A stretch of 63,432 bases of DNA, filler included, from Reticulomyxa filosa (taxonomy: Eukaryota > Protista > Foraminifera): the NCBI GenBank assembly GCA_000512085.1. It is 19 parts of 19 records of this genome, joined end to end, with 100 filler letters (N's around TTAATTAATTAA, not from the genome) between each part and the next. Parts side by side here need not be neighbours in the genome. Positions count along the whole stretch, not along the records: positions 37,349 to 39,847 come from ASPP01020961.1; positions 39,948 to 43,095 come from ASPP01004243.1; positions 43,196 to 48,846 come from ASPP01002253.1; 16 more parts are not named here. One strand, 5' to 3'. The position numbers and the translations under genes are program-made. Positions 37,407-48,946 of the stretch are shown here, piece by piece. The notes under the pieces were generated by a model, which saw only the letters and a list, made by a program, of their open reading frames with translations, ran no database searches and was not told the origin of the DNA. How positions within the stretch are numbered: position 1 is the first letter of the stretch; the number at the start of each line of letters is the position of its first letter.

Positions 37407-38980
37407 TTGCATGGAAATGAAACGGACACGGAAGCGGAAGAGCCGATATCGACGTCGTATCGCGGTGTGTCGGACGAGCGCGAGCACAGCAATGACGTGT
37501 CATTGCAAGAGCTGGACTCGTCGTTCCTCCTTTCGAATAATGACATTGGCAACTCCGCAATGGCAAATGGTGCATCACTCAACTCTGCGGAAATGTCGTT
37601 GAGTCTGAGTGGAACACTGCAGCCGCCATCCAGTGTCCATGATCCGCCTCTGAGTGACCACAACAACACTACTACTGCTAATACTAATACTAATACTAAT
37701 ACCAATACCAATTCTAATACTAATGCTGATGCAAACAAAAGCAATGATCTATTACTACTGAAAAGCAAAATGAGTAAAATAAAACATAACACAAACACAA
37801 ATCTCAACACTAATGCCAATGTCAATATGCCGACACAGCAGAAAAGACCATACAAAACAGTATATCGAATAACACACGGCGAAAATGAACTGTTTGCGGT
37901 ATTACACATAAACGACTTAATCTTTACCACGGGCGACGATGTGAATGGACGACTGGAGTTTCATAAGCCTTGTGTGGTGCGCGTGACGCTGCAGCATATG
38001 GAAGTGTGTGGAGGTAGTGATAATACTGGTACGTCGGGACAGGGAAAGATATCCTCCAACTCCACAGTCAATGAGTACTGCACAGATGTGTGCACCTATT
38101 ACGAGTGCTGCTGGTTCGTACAACAGAGCCAATTCTCTTTGAAAATACCAACCAACGCGTTCAAGTCCTTCCAAAGTGATCTTGTCAAAAGCCAATGGAG
38201 TCTGCGTTTTGAGTTCGGAGTCAGCGCAAGTCAATTCGAGCGTGTTCCCAAACATCGTCCGTCCAAGCCACGTTCGTTCGTCGGTCGCTATCGTCGTTCC
38301 CGTCAGCTCCGTCCAAAGGACAAGAAAAAGCCACTCAACTCAAAGCATCGCCATTACAACGAAGAAGGAGATGATAATGATAATGATAATGGTAATGATA
38401 ATGATGATGATGGTGATAACAATGATTATAATGATCATGATCACGATAAGGATGACTATGATAACGATAATGGTAATCAACACAATGAAGATGACCATGA
38501 TGAAGACGATGACGATGACGAATACAATGGAGATGGCAATAATGACACAAAAGAACAAAGATATCGTCGTAGTCACAACAATACGAACAACGACAAAGAC
38601 GACGGCGTTGAACACGAACATAAAGAAACCAATCGTGGTCATGGCCGTGATCATGAATCGAAACAAAAACACAGACACGAAGACGAACAAGACGGCGTTT
38701 GGAATGTTTGGGATATTGCCACTGATAGCAATGTGTATATCCATTCGCACATGTCCACTGCGTCCAACAAGAAAAAAAAAGCAATACACTCGACTTCATC
38801 AACAAACCTCACAAATTCAAAATCATCAAAAAAAATACTTCACAAATACACACTGACCATTCCCTAAACAAATACAAAGTCGAAGACGTTTTGACTTGGG
38901 AGTTGCAAATTTTTGTTGTTATGCAACATGCCCCATTGCGATGTGTGACGAGGTCAAACTCTCTTCTAATCAAATGTTGA
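37407..38980 (+). CDS. RGP1: Rgp1-like protein (Ric1-Rgp1 Rab6 GEF subunit), C-terminal part with long Asn/Asp/His insertions
   Basis: FTTGDDVNGRLEF...SQFSLKIPTNAFKSFQSDLVKSQWSLRFEFGVS. The terminal VEDVLTWELQIFV (stop at 38978-38980) is reached by a frameshift in an A-run near 38830. Confidence 0.7.
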
Positions 38981-39407
38981 TTACAGTTTTTTGCTTTCAA
39001 TATCATCTTTTTTAAAAAAATGAACAATTTAAAAGAAAGAAAAAGAGTGAGAGTCAGAAAGTATATCCTTATCGCACAGACAAAAACAATTTTTTTTTTT
39101 TTGGGTCATTAAACTGGATCGTTTTGACCGATTTTATTTTATTTTTTTCTTCAAATATTCTATTTTTCTCATTTTTTAATGGCGGTTTGACTGACATAAT
39201 TAAAACGTACTTAAACAATTGCTGGTGTTTTTAAACATTAATCAGTGCTTTTTTTTTTTTTAATTACTTCACATTCCGTTTTTTAAAAAGAAAAGGGGAA
39301 AAATCTTTTTTTTTTTGAAGATCACGTTATGATTAAGACTTTCAGGTGAGAACCGATTTGGATCATTGTTTCATAGATTTATTATTTTTGACATTTTTAA
39401 CTATCTA

Positions 39408-39812
39408 ATGAACGAGTATTACAAAGGAATATTGCTCAGTCTGTCCGGGAACATTATTGTCAACTTGGGTATTTGCATATACTTGATAATATGAGAAAAC
39501 AAATGAAGTAACATTAAAATTTCCTACTGCCCTCTTTCAAAGAAAAAAAAGGCGTATACACACAACGACACAGGACAACACTTTAAAGTATTCGGACAAG
39601 GAAAGAAAAGTGGGACAAAATTAGCACAAAGAGGACCAGAAAAAAATAATGACCAATTAAGTTCGAAATGGACATGGTCAATATTAGGACAATTATTTAT
39701 CTGCGTGGGTTCTATTTCCAATGCTTATGCAATGGCCTTAGCCCCGCAAACCTTGTTTGTGTCAATCGCTTCCATTCAATTTGTCATTAAGTTTTGTGTT
39801 GTCTTTTTTCTT

Positions 39813-39847
<35 letters not shown>
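39408..39847 (+). CDS. NIPA-family (DMT superfamily) Mg2+ transporter, 5' part
   Basis: MNEYYKGILLSLSGNIIVNLG, an intron, then WSILGQLFICVGSISNAYAMALAPQTLFVSIASIQFV. Confidence 0.65.
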
Positions 39848-40099
39848 NNNNNNNNNNNNNNNNNNNNNNNNNNNNNNNNNNNNNNNNNNNNTTAATTAAT
39901 TAANNNNNNNNNNNNNNNNNNNNNNNNNNNNNNNNNNNNNNNNNNNNAAATAAATAAATAGTTACCACCTTTAGCTTCAAAAGATGAATATGATAAAATA
40001 TCTGAACAAGAAGAAATAGATGAATATTTAACATGGAAAATATCTTTAAATAAAAGAAAAAATAGTTTATCTTCAAATAAAAATATAAATATAAATACA

Positions 40100-40627
40100 A
40101 ATATAAATAAAATAAAATATTCTAAAAAATATAATGAAGAATATGATAATGTAGATAAAGAATTAGGTCATTATGAATTAGCAACTATTAGATCACAAAG
40201 TTCTCTTACTCCTTCTCGTGAATCAACAAATAATAATGATAATGAAATGAGTAATTATAATATTAGTAATTATGATTATAGTAATTATAATAATACTGAA
40301 AATACTGATGAATATAATGAAATAAATAATAATTATTATAATAATTATAATAATAAATCACAAATTATTAGACAAATGTTAACTCAAATTTCATTACCAT
40401 TATTTAGAAAAATTATTGATATTGATATTATTGAACAATTAATTTATTGTCCTTTAGATAGAACACAATTAAGACAACTTAAAAAAAATCTTATTAAAGA
40501 TTTTCATACTTGTATTACAGAATTAGAAAATCAAATATTCAATTTTTTAAATCCTTTATTTGGAATATCTTTGGAATTAACAACAATGGATAATCGTTAT
40601 TTTAAAACAATTACTGAAGAATTATAA
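40100..40627 (+). CDS. Extremely AT-rich 3' coding fragment (Asn/Tyr-rich, then helical)
   Basis: The frame of ORF 40247-40627 is open upstream (EEYDNVDKELGHYELATIRSQSSLTPSRES); almost all third codon positions are A/T. Confidence 0.45.
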   Translation, partial: NINKIKYSKKYNEEYDNVDKELGHYELATIRSQSSLTPSRESTNNNDNEMSNYNISNYDYSNYNNTENTDEYNEINNNYYNNYNNKSQIIRQMLTQISLPLFRKIIDIDIIEQLIYCPLDRTQLRQLKKNLIKDFHTCITELENQIFNFLNPLFGISLELTTMDNRYFKTITEEL

Positions 40628-41069
40628 ATTCTATTTTTTAATAATTTATGAAATCATTTCTAATTTGTGTTTGACATTTTTTGTTAATCTAATAAATCTC
40701 ATATTTCTCTAAATCTTTCAATTACAAGAAGCAAAGTTTTGAAAAGATATGTTTCATTTTTTTGGGAGTGTTCGTTATAATTGTGCAAGCTACAGCAAAT
40801 AGTGAAATACATTTTTAATTTCTGATGATGGCAATTGTTTCTATTTTTCTTTATTGAGTCAGTTGTTATTCGTGATTATATTTCGACAACTCACGCAATA
40901 AAATTTTCCTTGCAACACTTAAATAATTTTCCTTGTAACATTTAAATCGATATTTAAAAAAAAACGAAGTCTAATACAGACCTTGAATGTTGCGATAATA
41001 CATTTCAAATAACCGATTGGAAATAACAACTCTAGTTTAAGTAATTGTAGCCAGAAAAATAATAGTATG

Positions 41070-41890
41070 AAAAATCCAACATGATTTGTTTCCTTTCCAA
41101 ATGATTTTTGTACCAATTATTATCTTACCAAAGTTCATCACTATTGTCCATTGTTCAATTGCGAGATCTAATGACTTTGGGTTATTGGGATACCATTATG
41201 GTAATGTGTTTCGACATTCTTGCAATTGAATTGCTAATACTTGATGACAAAATTCCAAGTTTCGACATTATATGTTTCAATCTTGGGTGATGACAAATAT
41301 GTTTTAATGTGAAATGTGATTGGCAGATGATCTGTCAAATTTATCAATGGAATTTTTATTCTTTAATAATTACATTAATACTTGAACGATTGAAGATAAT
41401 TGCTGCACCGTTTCTTGCAATGATGCACTTTCATTTTTCAGTTGTTTAATATCATACAAACGTTCATCTTTCTGATTTTATTTCTGTTTTGGATGCATGA
41501 ATAATTGTTTTCCTTTGGCTTGTTTTTGTTTGTGTGATATATGATAAGATTTGTGACTTTGGATTTATCTTTTGAATTTGAATTAGTCAACAATCTTGAT
41601 GATATTATTGTTCAGATGTATAATTTCTTCTTCCACAATACTTGCATACATTTGATTTGGAACAATTTTTTGCGAAATAGTTTAATTTAAAACATTTCCT
41701 ACATTGGATGAAATGTGGTTTTGGACATATGTTAAATACTTCAAATTTCGCTTCGTTAAATCTAATTTTGATTACATTTTCTTCAAATGCCCTTTTAACA
41801 TCTTTGTGTCATCTTTACAACTAGCATATTTTTATTATTTATTTATTTTCTTTGAAGCTTTTGCACTGGGATGGCGTGAAGGTGTCAGAA
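41070..41890 (-). mobile_element. Non-LTR retrotransposon relic: ORF1 gag-like zinc knuckles followed by the end of an APE endonuclease
   Basis: PKPHFIQCRKCFKLNYFAKNCSKSNVCKYCGRRNY (~41615-41725); LTDHLPITFHI...ETWNF (~41248-41340, the SDH motif); IWKGNKSCW (KPWW-like). Confidence 0.7.
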
Positions 41891-41979
41891 TACTCTTTGC
41901 TTAATCATCTACGTATCACTGTATTTTAGCTCTTTACTTGGCCCCAAATGCAAACAAAACCAAGTTGAAAAAGGCAAAT

Positions 41980-42560
41980 CATTATAGTTTCTTCATCTAC
42001 ACACCATTTGCAATCTGATGAATTAACTTTTTTAATATTGAACAGGAACCCATTTAGTCTTGCTTTACCCGTAATTATTCTGCAAACATATATGCACTCG
42101 TGACCTACAATCGATATAACTATCTTTTCAAATAACCGAGCTTCAATCAGATTGAGTAAATATCGTTTGGGACTTTTGTGTAGTTCAATTTCATTTCCTT
42201 CATTTGCACAATGTCGATTCATTATGTGAAAAATGAGTTCAATACATGGAAATTCGGAAAAGGTGCCGATTTATCTGGTCTACTAAACAATTCAGTTTGA
42301 AATCTTGCAATCTTTGCAACTGCATCTGCTCGTTCGTTTCCAGGGATACCAGAATGACGCTTAATTCAATAGATCTCAGCTTTCACCAATTAGTTGTTGA
42401 TATTAGGCAACAGGAAAATTGTAATTATCTGAATTGTATCTGTTGTGAATCGCATTTACAGCAAATTTTTACAATCAGAAAGAGTAATAACTCGTTCGAC
42501 TTTGTCAATGTGGTTCAGCTGCGCATATTTCAATGCTCGACGAATTGTCTCGATCACTTC
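41980..42560 (-). mobile_element. Non-LTR retrotransposon relic: RNase H domain plus C-terminal zinc finger
   Basis: IETIRRALKYA...VITLSDCK and IKRHSGIPGNERADAVAK (RNase H); RIITGKARLNGFLFNIKKVNSSDCKWCVDEETI. Confidence 0.8.
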
Positions 42561-42866
42561 AAATCATTGTGGTTGTTCCCTGGATTAGAAATTTTACAGT
42601 TATGACAAAAAAAAATTAGCCAACAGTAAAATATGAACTTTTTGTGTTTCTAACGAAAATTTTAGCAGCAAATTGTGATGATTTTTACTGGTTTACTGGA
42701 TATATGTTTACACTTTCATAAGTAGTTTGTAAAAACAATAGACCAAAATTTAGAAAAGTTGTTGGAAGAAAAAAATTTTCAAAAATGATTGTAGTGGATA
42801 GTTTTATATAAACTTTTCTTTTTCAACATTCCAACAAGTTTTTTGTTATTCTTTGGCTTCTAGTCA

Positions 42867-43095
42867 TGACTCACAAGCTGTCTGGGATATAACAAGAAAT
42901 TTTATTTGAAAAAATACGTACGGGAATGTCGTATCGTGAGGCTGGTCAACAATTTGGGATAAATCATGACAAAGCAAAAAAAGTTTACCTCAGCAGTGGA
43001 ACGATTACGCACAAAAGAGGCTCTGGATGTCCTAAAACGTGGACTGATAGAGATGCGCTTAATTTACTCTGGAGAGGCACAAACAGCAGTAGATT
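42867..43095 (+). mobile_element. Tc1/mariner transposase N-terminal HTH remnant
   Basis: GMSYREAGQQFGINHDKAKKVYLSSGTITHKRGSGCPKTWTDRD resembles the Tc1 HTH plus SGRP motif; truncated by the contig end. Confidence 0.65.
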
Positions 43096-43813
43096 NNNNN
43101 NNNNNNNNNNNNNNNNNNNNNNNNNNNNNNNNNNNNNNNTTAATTAATTAANNNNNNNNNNNNNNNNNNNNNNNNNNNNNNNNNNNNNNNNNNNNTATAT
43201 TAAGTATACAGTTTACTATTTGCGATTTACAAAGTCCTATTACGCGACAAAATCGATTATGTATAAGTGTCTGCAGATACATATTTTAAAAAACTTCCAT
43301 ATCAAACATGATAAAACCTTATTTGACACATATCAACGTGAAAGCAGCTAATAATGTTATTTAATTGGTTCGTAAAATAATATCAACTTAATTCTATTTT
43401 TGTTTTGTTTTTATTTGTATACATTTGAAGTTTGTTATATTAATGTTTTTATTTTTAAGACAAAGAAAACATACTGAAGAAAAGATTCAAAGAAAAGATA
43501 CTATAGTGGTATTGATCGAATCAGAAAAAGGAGTGGAAATATTAACAGTAAATGTTGAAGAATAAATATCAATTTCAATATAAGCATTAAAAGAGAAACA
43601 TTGATTTCAGAATATTATTGCAACAGTCTTGCTTTTGTGGATTTTACTTTTATATTAATATTTTCATAATATCACCAGAATCAATAATGCTACCATTGAA
43701 TAAAAAGTTGCAAATATGAAAAAGTAGATGTATTTAAAAAATTTATTGCAATAAAAATAAGTTTTATAGATACAATAAGTATTTACAACGCTATTTTTTC
43801 TGTGACGTTTAGA

Positions 43814-45956
43814 TTAATCTTGTCCATATGATTCTCTTGCTAGTCTTCTTGCGTTCAATGTTTCTTTGTTCCATTCTCCTAGCAATACAGTGTACGCCTT
43901 CCATGCCTCTTCAAAATATGTGGACGCTCTTTTATTTTCTTGCCTTCCTTCGCACGTAAGTCCTAAATTCCAATATAAATCAGCAACGTCTTTGATCGGT
44001 TTTCCAGCGACCTTTTGTCTTATCTTCAGCAACATTGCACAACATTCGACCGATTTCTCATATTGCCCATTTTTAGAATACACAAGTTCTAGATTTTGAC
44101 ACAGTTGTACGATAAAAGAGTGGTTGATCCCAAAAGTATCTAATATAATCTTTAACGCTTTTTCATAGTATTCAATTGCTTTGCCATACTGCTTTGCATC
44201 TTCATATGCAATCCCCATCAGATTGTACGAGATGGCAACACAAGGGTGCTCCAAGCCAAATGTATCAGTCGAGATTTGCAAATGTTTTTGTAAATGAAGA
44301 ATTCGTTCATCAAAAAGTTTTGTCTCTGAGCATTGTTCTTCTTTTTCTTCCAGATCCTGAAGTTTAACGGGAATGTTGTGATGTATGTTGGTATTCCAAA
44401 GGATTGGTGAAATTAATTGTTTCAATTTTCGGTCGATAATGGTATCCTTCGTAGCAAATAACTGAGTTGTAATTTTGACATTTTCTTTGTACTGGATTTG
44501 GCAATTGATGGCATAAATGTTTCCATCAACATGTACTCCATCTAAAATGATTAATTTACTTTTTATTACATAAAGCCAATATTCCCCAAATTGCCGTTTG
44601 ACGATTTTATTTGTTTTCGCCAGCATAACAAGTGAGCAAGGATCAGCTTTAATTTTGGTTGGCTTTTTTTTAATTATATCTTGCCATTGGGCAACTTTAT
44701 TAACAATAACCAGACCTTGGTCTTTGTCATTTATCATTTGTTCAACTTTTTTTGCTGCTTCTATATTTGATCTCCGCCAATTATAATTCCAGTGCTCTCT
44801 GAGATCTAAAGTTTCGGGAATGTTATTTGCTAGTGGTATTTCATCTTTAGTTTCATTAACACCATCGTAACCGTGATGTTGTTGATGAGCCATTCTTGAG
44901 ATGAAATAGATATTAGAGTAATTTGTGGAAGCTGATTGCACAATTTCTCTTTCCAATACTTGGTCAAGAATAATTTTTGTGACTTGTTTGATAATGCATT
45001 CAAAACTTTGATTGGTTTTGTTTTCAAAGATTTGGCAAAAGATTTCAGTGAATGAGCTTGCTTTTTTAGCAATAGCTGCTTTCCCCAAGTTTGCAAATAC
45101 TGTGAATATATCCTCATTGTAATTGTACCATAGCCTCTTTTGAGTCATTTGATTGCTCTTTTCTTGCTCATTATATATAATGTTTATGAATACTTTTGGT
45201 TTTTCCATCAGACACATAGTTTTGGTCACGAATTCCTCTTGAACATCATGGAAATCTTTGATTTTGTTATCACTTGTTACCAAGATGCCCCTGCTACCCT
45301 CAAAGCATCCATATCCACACCACACAAATATCAATCCATCATAAGAGATTTTGTCGTTCATATCATTTGCTAAATTCAAAGAATGTCTCGAAATAAAATT
45401 ATTCAATCCATTCAAAGTGAGCGATTCTGTGTTCGATTTTTGGGGGTTGTAAGTGTTAAACACTTGATAACCAAATTTTGATTGAAACAATGTTTGCAAT
45501 AAATAAAGGTCTTGTTTTACACTTTCCAAATAAGATCGTGTTTGATATTTCACCGCTCCTGTCAATAACACCAATGGATACTTTACTTTATATGATATCC
45601 TCTTTTCTGTTTTTTCCGCCATTACATGCTCTTCTGAAACATTTTCTGTTCATTGTGATGTTTCTCTTTATCTCGTAAAGTACAATATGAGTTAGGTTGC
45701 CAAAAGAACTTATAAAACCTGGGTGGAAATAAGCTACAAGATGAAGTTGCTCATCTTCAACTGCGTTTTGGAGATGCTGATCTGTTGAGATCGTATGGCC
45801 GTTGCGGTCAGTAATTTTAACTAACACGTTTTTTTCTTGTTGACCACTTCTGCTGTACTCAACAATTTGTTGTTCTAAATGTGCAGTTGTCAACAATGTC
45901 AATCGAAAATTATATTTTTTCGAGTCAGTTGTCACAAAAACATTAACAGACGACAT
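43814..45956 (-). CDS. PB1-like domain, catalytically inactive caspase-like domain, beta-rich domain and C-terminal TPR repeats
   Basis: Exon 1 (45956-45719, MSSVNVFVTT...) splices through a 73-nt GT-AG intron (45718-45646) in frame to ORF 43814-45622. Caspase fold YPLVLLTGAVKY, YDGLIFVWCGYG (His to Tyr), KPKVFINIIY (Cys absent). TPRs HPCVAISYNLMGIAYEDAKQYGKAIEYYEKALKI etc. Confidence 0.85.
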
Positions 45957-46415
45957 TTTATTAAACGCGGAAAAAATTATTTTTGGAACAAAAACCCCTC
46001 CATTTTTGAAAGCATATGTTGTTAGCAACTAAGAAAAGATTGCGTGGTAATGTCGCATTGTCGAAAAGTTGAACAAAATATATATTTTTTCAACCAAAAA
46101 TCTGGTTTTCTCAAAGGCTAACCAAACTCAATGCAAGTTTTAAATCTACAAAAAAATATTGAAAAAGTTGGTGTGCACACGAATTAAGGATTTTTGTAAA
46201 AATTTAGTGTTTTTGAAGTATAAAATAAAACATCATACGACATTTAAAGCTAACAGTCCAACTTACATGCTCTATTTCTAGAAATATTGACTGAGTCTGT
46301 GGTGGAAAAAAAAAAGGAAAGTTTGTGCAGCTAAATCTCTGTCGTTTTTTCCACTTTCAAGGAAAATTATCACTAGGCAAAAAGAAAAACAATAAAAGTG
46401 TTAAAAGGTTTAATA

Positions 46416-48846
46416 ATGGGTAACACAACAACAAAAAAGCCAATTTTGCAAGATGTGAAGAGTTTTCCGCAATTGGATGCGTCATTGTTGTCGGAAGCGT
46501 TTATCGACACAATAAAGTCGATGACGACAGAGAGTTTTCCGTTTGTACCGGAAGAGTGCTTTGTGGAGGACATAACAACAAAATTCAAGATAATCCGAAC
46601 GTTAGGACGAGGTGCGTCATGTGAAGTGTTTGAAGCGCAGGCAATAGATGACAAGACGCATGACCTGGTAGCACTAAAAAAGTTGCACCTGAGCGACCAC
46701 CAGAATCAGTTGCGTTTTAAAAACGAGGTGGAAATACTTGCATCAACCCAGCATCCCAATGTGGTCAAATTTTATCAAGCTTACGTAGATGCCAACAACT
46801 TGTACATTGCGACAAAGCTATGTACCGGTGGCGATTTGTTGGACCGTATCCGCAAATTCCGGATCTTTAGTGAAGCCAAGACGTCGGTGATATTGAAGTC
46901 GTTGATTGAAACCATTGCCTATTGTCATAGCAAGAACATTGTTCACAGAGATTTGAAGCCTGGCAACCTGGTCTTTGAGGATGACCATCACAATGCCAAT
47001 TTGATCATCATTGATTTTGGTGATGCACTCCAAATCAATGAGAGTGAGAACTATTATTCACCATGTTTGTTTTTTTTTTTATTTATTTATTTGTTTAACT
47101 TTTTTTTTTAAAAAAAAAAAATAAATAAATTAAAAAAAATAAGTATACGTATACTTATTATTATTTTTTTTTTCTTTATTGTTGTTTTGTTGCCTCTGTA
47201 CATGCACACATACATCCCCCCCCCCCTAATTTCTTAACTTTTTGTAAACTACAAAACAAAAAAGTTGGCACGTTGCTGTACTTGCCGCCAGAAATCAACC
47301 GACATCGCTATGGATGGGAGATGAAAAAATCGGACATGTGGAGCATTGGAATCATTGCGTTCATTCTAGTCACTGGCAAGGCCCCGTTCATGGGCTCCGA
47401 CAAAGTCGTGATGAATGAAATCTTGCAGCACCGATCAATCCGATGGCCGCCGGGATGCAAAGTGTCCAAGATGTGCAAGGAGTTCATTTCCAAATTACTC
47501 ACTCGCGATACGCAATCGAGGCTCAGCGCGTCCGAGGCACTTCGTGAGCCATTCCTTTTGCATCAACAGTCACCAAGACATTTGGGGGATCATCTCTTGC
47601 AAGATATTGCTAATTTTTACGACGCAAGTTTTGGCATCTTTTTTTTGATCTTTGGACAAAAGACCTTTTTTTTTTTTTTCTCCTACCACTTGAACTTTTT
47701 TATTTAACGTCAGAAAAAATAAAAACATAAATTGTCAGAACAAAAAAAAAAAAAAACATTTTTGTTGTTGTTTGGAATATTGGATAGATATGCTAAAGAA
47801 AATTTTGGTCGAGTTAAGTGGTAGCAAGAGCTATATGGAAAAAAAGAGGGGAGGGAAAAAAAAAAAAAAAAAGGGTTCTGAGTTTTTCAGTAGTTTAATG
47901 ATTGTGTTTGTTGTCCAGAGCATTGGTCCGTGATATGACAGACAAACAACGGGATATGTTGGTAGGAGTGTTCAATGACATGGACAAGGATAAAGACGGA
48001 TGGGTGAGTATCGCCGACGTTGAAAAGTTGCTGGTGGAAGCCGGGCTGCATGAAAACGATGCGAAAAGCAGGGCTAAGGACATCATCGAGCGCATGGGTG
48101 GGACCAAAAATGGAAAAATCGATCTCAACGCCTTTTTGCGAGCCAAAATGACAGCAACTTTGAATCGGCACAAAACAGAACACGTCCGGAATTTTCTTGA
48201 AAGTTAGCCTTTTTTTTTTTTTTTTTCCCCTCTCCTTTTCATTAAGACACAAAGTGTTTCCGTAAAAATACATAATATATATACAACATTTGCTACTGTT
48301 GTTATAAATTTGTATATGTATATACATTTATGTATATACATTTATGTATATACATTTATGTATGTATATGTGTATACATTACTTAATCGTGTGCATGAAT
48401 ACGTGTATACGTATGTTTATTCTACGGAATGTGTACTAAATGAAATGTCACTTTTTTTATTTGCAAATAAAAAAAAAAAGAATCATTTCAATAAGCAGAA
48501 AATTAAAGTGGAAGGATTGAAGAAGCACTTGGAAGGTGTGATCGATGAGCCAGAGACACTGAGACAAGCGTTTAAAATCGTGGCATCACTGCAACAGGAC
48601 GAAAGCGGGTGCATTCAGTCGCAAGACTTTGTGGACGCGTTGAGTTTGCAAGACACACAAATCCGAGCATTAATGAGTCCAAGGGGGAACAACACCACTA
48701 TACCGACAATTACGGCAACTACAACTACGACTACGACTACGACGACGAAAGCGAATATCCAAGCACAAGCACAAGCACAAGCACAAGCACAAGTACAAAC
48801 GCAAACGCAAACGCAAGTGCAATCAAAAGCAGCAAAGACACAAGCT
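46416..48846 (+). CDS. Calcium-dependent protein kinase (CDPK-like) with degenerate EF-hands, multi-exon, 3' truncated
   Basis: MGNTTTKK; LGRGASCEV, VALKK, HRDLKPGN, IDFG, GTLLYLPPE, DMWSIG; EF loops DKDKDGWVSIAD, GGTKNGKIDLNA, QQDESGCIQSQD. Confidence 0.88.
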
Positions 48847-48946
48847 NNNNNNNNNNNNNNNNNNNNNNNNNNNNNNNNNNNNNNNNNNNNTTAATTAATT
48901 AANNNNNNNNNNNNNNNNNNNNNNNNNNNNNNNNNNNNNNNNNNNN

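Noticed and set aside
38176-38856. Long overlapping ORFs in several frames (also 18531-19227 and 16050-16816)
   Set aside because: They are shadows of trinucleotide low-complexity or GC-richer coding DNA and carry no motifs.
48300-48430. TATATG/TACATA runs as a regulatory or structural repeat (also 24340-24440 and 49540-49690)
   Set aside because: They are ordinary intronic microsatellites found in many introns and at contig breaks.
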